Of a stretch of 64,000 nucleotides of DNA, positions 1 to 9,053 are shown in pieces. The notes under the pieces were generated by a model. That model was not told the origin of the DNA. It was given only the letters and a program-made list of their open reading frames with translations, and did not search any database. The stretch is from an uncultured Collinsella sp. GTDB lineage: Bacteria; Actinomycetota; Coriobacteriia; Coriobacteriales; Coriobacteriaceae. The stretch is from contig UQIV01000001.1 of the NCBI GenBank assembly GCA_900541205.1, forward strand, positions 97,593 through 161,592. The letters are read 5' to 3'. How positions within the stretch are numbered: the first letter of the stretch is position 1; every line of letters starts with the position of its first letter. Position numbers and translations under genes: made by a program.

Positions 1-307
1 CTTGCCGATGCGCTCGAGCGTGGAGCGCAGGTTTTGCTCCTTGGCGGCGAGCTGTGCCGTGCGTGAGAGATTGCCCCACGAGCAGCCGCCGCAGATGCCC
101 ACGAAGGGGCAGGGAGGCTGAATGCGATCGGGGCTTGGCTCCAGAATCTCGGTGGTGCGGGCGCGCATGAACGACTTCCCGTCCTGTACGACCTCGGCCT
201 CGACGGTGTCGCCTGCCACGGCGCCCTGCACAAAGACGGCTTTACCGTTGTCGGCGTGCGCCAGACCGTCGGCGCCGTAGGTCATCGATTCTATAGTGAG
301 CTTCATA
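1..307 (-). CDS. 5' part of a TRAM-domain 23S rRNA (uracil-5-)-methyltransferase, RlmD/RumA-like; the rest lies beyond the window start
   Basis: Reverse strand translates from an ATG at ~305-307 as MKLTIESMTYGADGLAHADNGKAVFVQGAVAGDTVEAEV...PCPFVGICGGCSWGNL. This is a TRAM domain followed by the Cys cluster typical of RumA-family methyltransferases. The frame stays open to position 1. Confidence 0.55.
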
Positions 308-419
308 TCCCTGCCTGTCATTCGCGTTGTTGCTCGCACCATGGTAGCAGGGAAAAGCGCCCCGCATCCGAGGCTTTCCTCAAATGCGGGGCGCTTCTAC
401 AAACTGCTTCTACAAACGA

Positions 420-2921
420 CTATTTCGTCTTGCCGGTAATGAGCGTCTTAAGACCCAGGCCAATCAGGCCCAGGCCCATGCGCACGCGGCCGGGGCGATG
501 GCGCTCGATGGCCTTGGTCTTGCCGGCGGGCTTATCGCGACGGGCGCTCGTCTCGGGTGCGGGCTTGGTGACCTGCGGCTCGGGCTGAGGTGCAGGTGCA
601 GGCTCGGGATCAATGACGGTCACCTGGACCTTCTGAACCTCGGGCGCTTTCTCCACGGCGGGCTCTGCGGCAGCCTCGGGCTCATTCACCGGGGGAGCGG
701 CAATCGCTTCCGGTTTGGCAACTGCCCTATGTTCAACCTCGGCCTGAATAGCTTCTTCGGCCACGCGTTCCTTCTCCTGTGCGCGCTGCTGCGCGGCCGC
801 CTCGGCGTTGCGATAGGCACGCTCCAGCAGAGCTTCCTGTGAGTTGAAGGGCCTCTCGCCCTCGTGGCGCTCCACGGGAACCCAGGTGCCGTCGCTCGTG
901 AGGCTGCGGGCCTTCACGTTGTCGCGCAGCTGCATGCCCATGTACTCGTGTACCAGTGCGCGGCAGGTGGGGTCGAGCACGGGGAAGGCGATCTCCACGC
1001 GGTGCTCGGTGTTGCGCGTCATCATGTCGGCCGAGCTCAGATAGATCATGTCCGAGTCCACGCCAAAGGCGTAGACGCGCGCATGCTCCAAAAAGCGTCC
1101 GACGATGGAGCGTACGTGCACGTTCTCGGTCTTGCCCGGAACACCGGGCTTGAGGCACGAGATGCCGCGGATGATCATGTCTACGCGGACTCCTGCGCAC
1201 GATGCCTCGGCGATCTTGTCGATGACTTCGCGGTCGGTGAGCGAGTTGAGCTTAAAGAACACACGGGCGGGTTCGCCAGCGAGGGCGCGCTGGATTTCGC
1301 GATCCAGGCCGCGCATGATGAGCGGCTTCAGGCCGACCGGCGCCACGCCCAGGAAGCGGTAATCGCCGCGCAGGTTGCCCAGCGACAGATTGCGGAAGAA
1401 CAAGTTGGCGTCCTCGCCGATGCCGGGATGGGCGGTCATGAGCATAAAGTCGCTGTAGAGCTTGGCCGTCTTCTCGTTAAAGTTGCCGGTGCCCAACAGC
1501 GTCAGGCGTGTAAGCGCCATGCCCTCGCGATAGGTGAGCTGGCAGATCTTGGAGTGGCACTTAAAGCCTTCGGAGCCGTAGATGACGGTGCAGCCTGCCT
1601 CTTCCAGACGCTCGGCCCACTCGATGTTGTTCTGCTCGTCGAAGCGGGCGCGGAGCTCCATGAGCACCGTGACCTCTTTGCCGTTCTCGGCGGCATCGAT
1701 CAGCGACTCGCACAGGCGGCTCTGCTTAGCCACGCGGTAGAGCGTGATGCGCAGTGAGATGCACTCGGGGTCGTAGGCGGCCTCGTGTACCAGATCCAGG
1801 AAGGGGTTCATGGCCTCATAGGGATAAAAGAGCAGCTTGTCGTGCTGAAGTACCTGCTCGCGGATGGAGCGGGTCATATCGATGGTGGGGTTGGGCTGCG
1901 GCTTAAACGGCGTAAAGAGCAGCTCGTTGCGCAGGTGCTCGGGAATCTTGCCCTCAATGCCAAAGACATAGCCCAGGTTGAGCGGGATGTCGCAGGTAAA
2001 GACCGAGCGACGCGAGAGCTCGAGCGCCTTGCGGATAGTCTTGAGCGTCTGCTTCTCGAGTGAGCCCGAGACGGCGAGCACTACCGGCTGCAGGCGCAAG
2101 CGCTTCTTGAGGATGCGCTTCATATGCTGGCGGTAGTCCTCTTCCTCCTCGACGCCCTCGCCGTCCGGATCGATATCGGCATTGCGGGTGACGCGGATGA
2201 GCGCGCGGTCGAGCGGCTTATAGGAGCCAAAGCAGCTGTCCAGGCAGGCGAGGATGACGTCCTCGAGCAGAATGTAGGAGTAGGTGCCGGTGGGCGAGGG
2301 GATCTCGACCACGCGGTTCATCGAGGCGGGAATCTCGATCAGGCCCAGCAAGCTTTCCTCGTCGGTGACGCCGTCCAGGCCGCAGGCCAGGTAAAGTGCG
2401 CCGTTGCGCAGGTTGGGGAAGGGGTGGCGCGGGTCGATCACCAGCGGTGAGATGACCGGCGACACGTAGGCCTGGAAGTAGCGGGTTACAAAGGTGCGCT
2501 CCTCGGGCGTAAGCGAATCGATGCGGGCGCGGTGAACGCCCAGGGTGTCGAGCTTGCCCTCGATGCTCTTAAAGATGGACTCCCAACGGGTAAGGAGCCC
2601 GGGCAGCTCCGCCATGACAGCATCGACCTGCTCCGAGGCGGTCATATTGCTCTTGTTGTCGACAGGTTGCTTTTTGAGCTCGGCAAGGTCGGACAGGCCA
2701 CCCACGCGCACCATGAGGAACTCATCGAGGTTTGACTCGAAGATCGAGACGAACTTAAGGCGCTCGAACAGCGGCACGGACTCATCAAAAGCCTCGTCGA
2801 GCACACGGTTGTCAAAGCGTAGCCAGCTGAGCTCTCGGTTCTGCGTGTACGAGAAGTCGCGCGGCGGTTTGCGCAGCTTTGCGGCGGCTTGCTTTTTTTC
2901 GATTTTGCTCGGCATATGCAT
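420..2921 (-). CDS. ppk: polyphosphate kinase 1, with a long Pro/Glu/Ala-rich C-terminal extension
   Basis: The 846-aa ORF carries PPK1 N-terminal signatures (SKIEKK...RELSWLRFDNRVLDEAFDESVPLFERLKFVSIFESNLDEFLMVRVGGL). The likely start is MHMPSK at 2921 (or 2915), not the ORF-track start at 2960. The C-terminal ~150 aa are low complexity. Confidence 0.9.
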   Translation of the reverse strand: MHMPSKIEKKQAAAKLRKPPRDFSYTQNRELSWLRFDNRVLDEAFDESVPLFERLKFVSIFESNLDEFLMVRVGGLSDLAELKKQPVDNKSNMTASEQVDAVMAELPGLLTRWESIFKSIEGKLDTLGVHRARIDSLTPEERTFVTRYFQAYVSPVISPLVIDPRHPFPNLRNGALYLACGLDGVTDEESLLGLIEIPASMNRVVEIPSPTGTYSYILLEDVILACLDSCFGSYKPLDRALIRVTRNADIDPDGEGVEEEEDYRQHMKRILKKRLRLQPVVLAVSGSLEKQTLKTIRKALELSRRSVFTCDIPLNLGYVFGIEGKIPEHLRNELLFTPFKPQPNPTIDMTRSIREQVLQHDKLLFYPYEAMNPFLDLVHEAAYDPECISLRITLYRVAKQSRLCESLIDAAENGKEVTVLMELRARFDEQNNIEWAERLEEAGCTVIYGSEGFKCHSKICQLTYREGMALTRLTLLGTGNFNEKTAKLYSDFMLMTAHPGIGEDANLFFRNLSLGNLRGDYRFLGVAPVGLKPLIMRGLDREIQRALAGEPARVFFKLNSLTDREVIDKIAEASCAGVRVDMIIRGISCLKPGVPGKTENVHVRSIVGRFLEHARVYAFGVDSDMIYLSSADMMTRNTEHRVEIAFPVLDPTCRALVHEYMGMQLRDNVKARSLTSDGTWVPVERHEGERPFNSQEALLERAYRNAEAAAQQRAQEKERVAEEAIQAEVEHRAVAKPEAIAAPPVNEPEAAAEPAVEKAPEVQKVQVTVIDPEPAPAPQPEPQVTKPAPETSARRDKPAGKTKAIERHRPGRVRMGLGLIGLGLKTLITGKTK

Positions 2922-3110
2922 CTGTCCGTTCAGTCCCCGCGGGGGACGGTAGCCTAACACTATTCACTATTGTCTCAATTTAGTCGACTTGTGGCACGGA
3001 CGTATTGTGCGAACGGTATCTTAACCTACTTCTTACGCTGCCAATGCATGCAACTAACTGCCTGACTCGTTTTGAAAACAATCCATATCCATACTCAACT
3101 GGTGAGGATG

Positions 3111-3150
3111 TATGAATAAGAATGATTGCGAGCTGAATATAATCGAATCC
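3111..3150. promoter_or_regulatory. candidate tandem ARG boxes (ArgR/AhrC-like operator) upstream of arcA copy 1
   Basis: TATGAATAAGAATGATTG (3111-3128) and CTGAATATAATCGAATCC (3133-3150) contain TGAAT-A/T-rich motifs. Box 1 matches the Bacillus AhrC consensus CATGAATAAAAATKCAAK at about 13 of 18 positions. Spacing is ~22 bp. Confidence 0.3.
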
Positions 3151-3345
3151 AAATCGAATCGCGGACAAACGACATATATATGCAGAAAACCGTTTTAGCT
3201 ATGCAATTCCTAAACATGAAAATATTTGTGCAATCTGGCTTAATTCCTTAGAAAAAAGAACGTTTACCTTTGAAAACCTGCTTTAGAAAACTGAAGTGCA
3301 TCATGGGGGAATCATATGCGATATACCGTTCATCGCACTTTGCTG

Positions 3346-3473
3346 ACCGTTCGGGGGCGAGGTGGAATTGCGGGTGGTTTTTGGATATAACTAGAGCTGT
3401 CAGCAAGCAGCGTCCCATACGGAGGGGCGCTGATACATTCGGCCAGTAAGGCCCGAAAGAAAGGTAGGAGGCC
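3346..3473 (+). promoter_or_regulatory. conserved arcA leader/promoter region, copy 1 (the homologous copy is at 6437-6563)
   Basis: The blocks CCGTTCGGGGGCGAGGTGGAA, TTTTGGATATAA (extended -10-like), ACGGAGGGGCGCT and a short hairpin before the RBS GGTAGGAGG sit at the same offsets upstream of both arcA copies. The sequence between the blocks differs. Confidence 0.4.
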
Positions 3474-4715
3474 ATGACGAAAGGTCTGCACGTGCCTTCC
3501 GAGATCGGCAAGCTCAGGAAGGTCTGCCTGCACCGTCCCGGCGACGAGCTCCTCAACCTGCCGCCCGACGAGCTCGAGCGACTCCTGTTCGACGACGTCC
3601 CGTTCCTGGAGGTCGCACAGCAGGAGCACGACACCTTCGCCCAGATCCTGAGGGACCAGGGCGTGGAGGTCCTCTACCTCGAGAACCTCGTCGCCGAGGT
3701 GTTCGACCAGGTCCCCGGCGCCCGCGCCGAGTTCACCGACCAGTACATCGCCGAGGCCGGCATCCGCGGCCAGCACATGCCGCAGATCGTCCGCGAGAAG
3801 CTGGACTCCATCGAGGACAACCTCGAGTTCGTCAAGAAGACCATGGCCGGCATGACCAAGGCCGAGATCGACATGCCCCTCACGGCGTCCACGACCCTCG
3901 ACTCCCTGGTCAACTCCGAGTCCGAGTCCGACCTGATCATCGACCCGATGCCCAACCTCTACTTCACCCGCGACCCGTTCGCGGTCGTCGGCGAGGGCGT
4001 CAACCTCAACCGCATGTACTCGGTCACCCGCAACCGCGAGACCCTGTACGGCAAGTACGTCTTCAAGTACCACCCCGACTACAAGGACGTCTCCCTGTAC
4101 TTCCGCCGCGACTGCCAGTTCCACACCGAGGGCGGCGACGTGCTGAACATCAACGAGAAGACCCTCGCCGTCGGCATCTCCCAGCGCACCCAGGCCGCGG
4201 CCATCGACGTCATGGCCCAGAACATCTTCTGGAACTCCGACTCCAAGGTCGAGCGCATCCTGGCCTTCGACATCCCGGTCTCGCGCGCCTTCATGCACCT
4301 CGACACGGTCTTCACCCAGATCGACGTCGATAAGTTCACGATCCACCCCGCCATCATGGGCACCCTGCGCGTCTACGAGCTGACCGCCGGCAAGAACCCG
4401 GGCGACGTGAACATCCGCCTGATCGAGGACACCCTCGAGCACGTCCTGGAGGACGCCACCGGCGTCGACCAGGTCAAGCTGATCCCCTGCGGCGGCGGCG
4501 ACCCGATCGCGGCCTCCCGCGAGCAGTGGAACGACGGCTCCAACACCCTGTGCGTCGAGCCCGGCAAGATCTGCGTCTACGCCCGCAACACCGTCACCAA
4601 CGACGTGCTGTACAAGGAGGGCCTGGACCTTCTCGTCGTGCCCTCCGCCGAGCTCTCCCGCGGCCGCGGCGGCCCGCGCTGCATGAGCATGCCCTTCTGG
4701 CGCGAGGACCTCTAA
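3474..4715 (+). CDS. arcA: arginine deiminase, copy 1
   Basis: The 413-aa protein MTKGLHVPSEIGKLRKVCLHRPGDEL... is full-length ADI family. The RBS GGTAGGAGG lies 5 nt upstream. It is nucleotide-identical to the ORF at 6564-7805. Confidence 0.95.
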   Translation: MTKGLHVPSEIGKLRKVCLHRPGDELLNLPPDELERLLFDDVPFLEVAQQEHDTFAQILRDQGVEVLYLENLVAEVFDQVPGARAEFTDQYIAEAGIRGQHMPQIVREKLDSIEDNLEFVKKTMAGMTKAEIDMPLTASTTLDSLVNSESESDLIIDPMPNLYFTRDPFAVVGEGVNLNRMYSVTRNRETLYGKYVFKYHPDYKDVSLYFRRDCQFHTEGGDVLNINEKTLAVGISQRTQAAAIDVMAQNIFWNSDSKVERILAFDIPVSRAFMHLDTVFTQIDVDKFTIHPAIMGTLRVYELTAGKNPGDVNIRLIEDTLEHVLEDATGVDQVKLIPCGGGDPIAASREQWNDGSNTLCVEPGKICVYARNTVTNDVLYKEGLDLLVVPSAELSRGRGGPRCMSMPFWREDL

Positions 4716-4776
4716 GGTCTTCAAGGACCCGTACAGGTCTTAATACATACATCTAGCTGCCATTAGATGTCTCCCA

Positions 4777-4816
4777 TTGGGGCGGTGCGGGTATTCGCAC
4801 CGCCCCAATCTTGTAT
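4777..4816 (+). terminator. intrinsic-terminator-like hairpin after arcA copy 1
   Basis: Perfect 13-bp stem TTGGGGCGGTGCG/CGCACCGCCCCAA with a 6-nt loop, followed by TCTTGTAT. Confidence 0.5.
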
Positions 4817-5989
4817 GAGGAACGTCAACACGATTGGATGACTGCTTTTGTAAGGAGCTTGGCCATGGATATCAAGACAATCGGCGTTGAGGAATGGCTT
4901 AACGTTTGGGAGAAGAACGCTACGTGGGATATCGCCCAGTCGACGATTTCGTCGCTTACCATGGGCGAGCTTCGCGCGCTCGACGATCAAGATGGTGCCA
5001 CGTTCTACGAGCGCCTGGACCGCGAGAAAATGAACTACGGCTGGATTGAGGGTTCGCCGGAGTTTAAGGCCGAGGTTGCCAAGCTGTATCGTCATGAGGT
5101 CAATCCCGATCATATTCTGCAGACCAATGGCTGCACGGGTGCCAACCTCAACGCCATCATGGCCGTGGTCGAGCCCGGCGGCCATGTGATTGCCGAGTGG
5201 CCCACCTATGCGCCGCTCTATGAGATCCCGCGTACACTCGGCGCCGAGGTTGAGTATTGGGAGCTTTGCGAGGAGCTCGGATGGAAACCCGATATCGAAC
5301 AGCTCAAGCGCCTCGTTCGCCCCAACACCAAGCTCATTTGCATCAATAACGCATCGAACCCTATCGGTACGGTGCTCGATGCCGATACGCTCGGCCAGAT
5401 CGCCGAGATTGCCCGCTCGGTTGGCGCCTATGTGCTGTGCGACGAGGTGTACCTGCCGCTTGAGAACACCGAGGACTTTTTGTCGATGGCCGATGTGTAC
5501 GAGAAGGCCATCGTCACCAACTCGGTGTCCAAGACCTATTCGACGCCTGCGGCCCGTGTGGGCTGGGTTGTGGCAGATGAAGAGGTGTCCAACCGCATTC
5601 GCACTTACCGCGACTACACCATGATTTGCGGCGGCGTGTTCAACGATGCCCTGGCGACCTATGTGCTCAAGCACAAGGACAAAATCCTCGAGCGCAATCG
5701 CAAGATCGTGTTTGGCAATCGCGATATCGCACAGGCTTGGATCGACACACAACACCGTGTCTCCTGGACGGCCCCGCAGGGTGTGTCCACCTCGTTTATC
5801 CAGCTGGACATTCCCGAGGATGACGAGGAGTTCTGCAAGCGCCTGCTGTCCGAGAGGGGAGTGCTGCTGGTACCTGGCAGCCGCTTTGAGCTTCCCTGCG
5901 GCGCGCGCCTAGGTTACTGCGCGAGCGAGGACGTTCTGCGCGAGGGCCTGAGGCTTTTGGGCGAGGCGCTGGCGGAGTTCGATCGCTAG
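4811..5989 (+). CDS. PLP-dependent aminotransferase, class I/II fold
   Basis: The 392-aa ORF has an NSVSKTYS block containing the PLP-Lys SxSK motif and aminotransferase-like overall composition. It sits between the two arcA copies. The start may be one of several in-frame Met codons between 4811 and 4870. Confidence 0.7.
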   Translation: MYEERQHDWMTAFVRSLAMDIKTIGVEEWLNVWEKNATWDIAQSTISSLTMGELRALDDQDGATFYERLDREKMNYGWIEGSPEFKAEVAKLYRHEVNPDHILQTNGCTGANLNAIMAVVEPGGHVIAEWPTYAPLYEIPRTLGAEVEYWELCEELGWKPDIEQLKRLVRPNTKLICINNASNPIGTVLDADTLGQIAEIARSVGAYVLCDEVYLPLENTEDFLSMADVYEKAIVTNSVSKTYSTPAARVGWVVADEEVSNRIRTYRDYTMICGGVFNDALATYVLKHKDKILERNRKIVFGNRDIAQAWIDTQHRVSWTAPQGVSTSFIQLDIPEDDEEFCKRLLSERGVLLVPGSRFELPCGARLGYCASEDVLREGLRLLGEALAEFDR

Positions 5990-6036
5990 GATCACGACTC
6001 CCTCCGAAGGCCGTATTCAAATTGGCCGACGATAAT

Positions 6037-6078
6037 CGAAAACGGACCCGTTTCCCTAGGGAATCGGGTCCGTTTTTC
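6037..6078 (+). terminator. strong intrinsic terminator after the aminotransferase
   Basis: Near-perfect ~20-bp palindrome GAAAACGGACCCGTTTCCCTA/TAGGGAATCGGGTCCGTTTTT, followed by a T-run. Confidence 0.7.
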
Positions 6079-6436
6079 TATACCGAGAAGTCAAGTTGTT
6101 ACAAATGGAGACGCAAGATCGATTGGGTATTCGACCAGCCTTATACTGAGCTTCCGGTGAACGGTATCCAACGTCTGGTAAACGGTAATCTGTTTGCCAA
6201 AAATGAATAGGACGAACTTTATTCTGAATAAAAATCAAAATGGTTGAGACGAAGCGAGAATTGCGAATTCTATTCATATCGGTGCGCGAAATATGCAATT
6301 TGAGGGTGGTTTAATAAAGATTAGTTTCAATTGATCTTTGGATTGAAAACGCATTTAAGCACGTAAATACACTTTATTAAATCAAAGTGTGCCATGCGTG
6401 AAGTATATGTGTATGCCGTTCACCCCTCATATAAAA

Positions 6437-6563
6437 CCGTTCGGGGGCGAGGTGGAAGTATGGACTGATTTTGGATATAAATATGTCGTCAGCAATAACG
6501 CCTCACACGGAGGGGCGCTAACGAATCGGCCCTGACAGGGGCCCGAAAGAAAGGTAGGAGGCC
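6437..6563 (+). promoter_or_regulatory. conserved arcA leader/promoter region, copy 2
   Basis: Same conserved blocks as at 3346-3473. The final ~33 nt including the RBS are identical to copy 1. Confidence 0.4.
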
Positions 6564-7805
6564 ATGACGAAAGGTCTGCACGTGCCTTCCGAGATCGGCA
6601 AGCTCAGGAAGGTCTGCCTGCACCGTCCCGGCGACGAGCTCCTCAACCTGCCGCCCGACGAGCTCGAGCGACTCCTGTTCGACGACGTCCCGTTCCTGGA
6701 GGTCGCACAGCAGGAGCACGACACCTTCGCCCAGATCCTGAGGGACCAGGGCGTGGAGGTCCTCTACCTCGAGAACCTCGTCGCCGAGGTGTTCGACCAG
6801 GTCCCCGGCGCCCGCGCCGAGTTCACCGACCAGTACATCGCCGAGGCCGGCATCCGCGGCCAGCACATGCCGCAGATCGTCCGCGAGAAGCTGGACTCCA
6901 TCGAGGACAACCTCGAGTTCGTCAAGAAGACCATGGCCGGCATGACCAAGGCCGAGATCGACATGCCCCTCACGGCGTCCACGACCCTCGACTCCCTGGT
7001 CAACTCCGAGTCCGAGTCCGACCTGATCATCGACCCGATGCCCAACCTCTACTTCACCCGCGACCCGTTCGCGGTCGTCGGCGAGGGCGTCAACCTCAAC
7101 CGCATGTACTCGGTCACCCGCAACCGCGAGACCCTGTACGGCAAGTACGTCTTCAAGTACCACCCCGACTACAAGGACGTCTCCCTGTACTTCCGCCGCG
7201 ACTGCCAGTTCCACACCGAGGGCGGCGACGTGCTGAACATCAACGAGAAGACCCTCGCCGTCGGCATCTCCCAGCGCACCCAGGCCGCGGCCATCGACGT
7301 CATGGCCCAGAACATCTTCTGGAACTCCGACTCCAAGGTCGAGCGCATCCTGGCCTTCGACATCCCGGTCTCGCGCGCCTTCATGCACCTCGACACGGTC
7401 TTCACCCAGATCGACGTCGATAAGTTCACGATCCACCCCGCCATCATGGGCACCCTGCGCGTCTACGAGCTGACCGCCGGCAAGAACCCGGGCGACGTGA
7501 ACATCCGCCTGATCGAGGACACCCTCGAGCACGTCCTGGAGGACGCCACCGGCGTCGACCAGGTCAAGCTGATCCCCTGCGGCGGCGGCGACCCGATCGC
7601 GGCCTCCCGCGAGCAGTGGAACGACGGCTCCAACACCCTGTGCGTCGAGCCCGGCAAGATCTGCGTCTACGCCCGCAACACCGTCACCAACGACGTGCTG
7701 TACAAGGAGGGCCTGGACCTTCTCGTCGTGCCCTCCGCCGAGCTCTCCCGCGGCCGCGGCGGCCCGCGCTGCATGAGCATGCCCTTCTGGCGCGAGGACC
7801 TCTAA
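6564..7805 (+). CDS. arcA: arginine deiminase, copy 2 (identical to copy 1)
   Basis: Protein identical to the 3474-4715 product. The DNA is identical from ~30 nt upstream of the ATG through the stop codon. Confidence 0.95.
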   Translation: MTKGLHVPSEIGKLRKVCLHRPGDELLNLPPDELERLLFDDVPFLEVAQQEHDTFAQILRDQGVEVLYLENLVAEVFDQVPGARAEFTDQYIAEAGIRGQHMPQIVREKLDSIEDNLEFVKKTMAGMTKAEIDMPLTASTTLDSLVNSESESDLIIDPMPNLYFTRDPFAVVGEGVNLNRMYSVTRNRETLYGKYVFKYHPDYKDVSLYFRRDCQFHTEGGDVLNINEKTLAVGISQRTQAAAIDVMAQNIFWNSDSKVERILAFDIPVSRAFMHLDTVFTQIDVDKFTIHPAIMGTLRVYELTAGKNPGDVNIRLIEDTLEHVLEDATGVDQVKLIPCGGGDPIAASREQWNDGSNTLCVEPGKICVYARNTVTNDVLYKEGLDLLVVPSAELSRGRGGPRCMSMPFWREDL

Positions 7806-7817
7806 GTCTTTCCGTTT

Positions 7818-7865
7818 CCGGTGCGGTCCCCCTACAACCGCACCGGTTTCGCCCGTCAAACGGGC
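7818..7865 (+). terminator. hairpin(s) between arcA copy 2 and arcB, possible partial terminator or attenuator
   Basis: Perfect 10-bp stem CCGGTGCGGT/ACCGCACCGG followed by TTT, then a second small hairpin GCCCGTcaaACGGGC. The T-run is short, so read-through into arcB is plausible. Confidence 0.35.
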
Positions 7866-7910
7866 AACATTAATACTTACGTAATTCATTTTTTCGAAAG
7901 GAAACGAACC

Positions 7911-8906
7911 ATGGGTGTTAACCTCTCCGGCCGTAGCTTCCTCAAGCTTCTCGACCTCACCACCGAGGAGATCGAGTACCTGCTCAAGCTCTCCAAGAAC
8001 TTCAAGGACATGAAGCGCGCTGGCGTTCCGCACCGCTATCTCGAGGGCAAGAACATCGTTCTGCTCTTCCAGAAGACCTCCACTCGTACCCGCTGCGCCT
8101 TCGAGGTCGGCGGCATGGATCTGGGCATGGGCGTCACCTACCTCGATCCCGGTTCGTCGCAGATGGGCAAGAAGGAGTCCATCGAGGACACCGCCCGCGT
8201 TCTCGGCCGCATGTATGACGGCATCGAGTTCCGTGGCTTTGCCCAGGACGACGTCGAGGAGCTCGCTGCTAAGTCCGGCGTGCCCGTGTGGAACGGCCTG
8301 ACCACTGAGTGGCATCCCACCCAGATGCTCGCCGACATCCTGACCGTCCAGGAGAACTTCAACTACGACATCAAGGGCAAGACCCTCGTCTTCATGGGCG
8401 ACTGCAAGAACAATGTCGCTCGCTCCCTCATGGTTGTCTGCTCCAAGCTCGGCATGAACTTCGTGGCCTGCGGCCCCGAGGAGTGCATGCCCGCTGACGA
8501 CGTCATCGAGGCCTGCAAGCCCATCGCCGAGGCTAACGGATGCACCATCAAGCTGACCACCGACGTCAAGGACGGCGTCACCGGTGCCGACGTTATCTAC
8601 ACCGACGTGTGGGTCTCCATGGGCGAGCCCGACGAGGTCTGGGCCGAGCGCATCGCTCAGCTCACCCCGTATCGCGTTACCTCCGAGGTCATGGCTATGG
8701 CCAACCCGGGTGCCATCTTCCTGCACTGCCTGCCCAGCTTCCACGACATCAACACCACCATTGGCGCCGAGAAGTGCGAGCAGTTCGGCATCACCGAGCA
8801 GGAGGTCACCGACGAGGTCTTCGAGAGCCCCGCTTCCAAGGTCTTCGACGAGGCCGAGAACCGCATGCACACCATCAAGGCTGTCATGTACGCCACGCTC
8901 AAGTAA
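7911..8906 (+). CDS. arcB: ornithine carbamoyltransferase (catabolic type expected in an ADI locus)
   Basis: STRTRCAFE carbamoyl-phosphate-binding motif and HCLP motif present. The 331-aa product starts at MGVNLSG with the RBS GGAAACGAACC upstream. Confidence 0.9.
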   Translation: MGVNLSGRSFLKLLDLTTEEIEYLLKLSKNFKDMKRAGVPHRYLEGKNIVLLFQKTSTRTRCAFEVGGMDLGMGVTYLDPGSSQMGKKESIEDTARVLGRMYDGIEFRGFAQDDVEELAAKSGVPVWNGLTTEWHPTQMLADILTVQENFNYDIKGKTLVFMGDCKNNVARSLMVVCSKLGMNFVACGPEECMPADDVIEACKPIAEANGCTIKLTTDVKDGVTGADVIYTDVWVSMGEPDEVWAERIAQLTPYRVTSEVMAMANPGAIFLHCLPSFHDINTTIGAEKCEQFGITEQEVTDEVFESPASKVFDEAENRMHTIKAVMYATLK

Positions 8907-9053
8907 GAGCATCTAGCATCTCGCTCGGGGTGTCTTGCTGCACACCCCGAGCGGCTTTGTCTGGTAAATATCTCGCGTCGGGCGGTGGGCACGGCACGGA
9001 AGATCCGCTTCGCGCGAGAAAGTTAAATGATTTATGAAGGGGGGATGAGAACC

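Noticed and set aside
864-1757. 297-aa plus-strand ORF overlapping ppk, plus similar long antisense ORFs at 15029-16468 (-), 18458-20395 (-), 20428-22458 (-), 22564-23703 (-), 44113-45246 (-), 49809-51587 (+) and 54667-55611 (+)
   Set aside because: All are antisense to confidently identified housekeeping genes and have low-complexity compositions. They are GC-driven open frames, not genes.
3330-4724. 464-aa ORF on the minus strand, and its twin inside the 807-aa ORF at 6489-8912 on the minus strand
   Set aside because: Both lie exactly antisense to arcA (and arcB). Their Gly/Asp/Val/Leu/Ala-rich low-complexity translations are typical of reverse frames in high-GC coding DNA. They have no RBS or start context.
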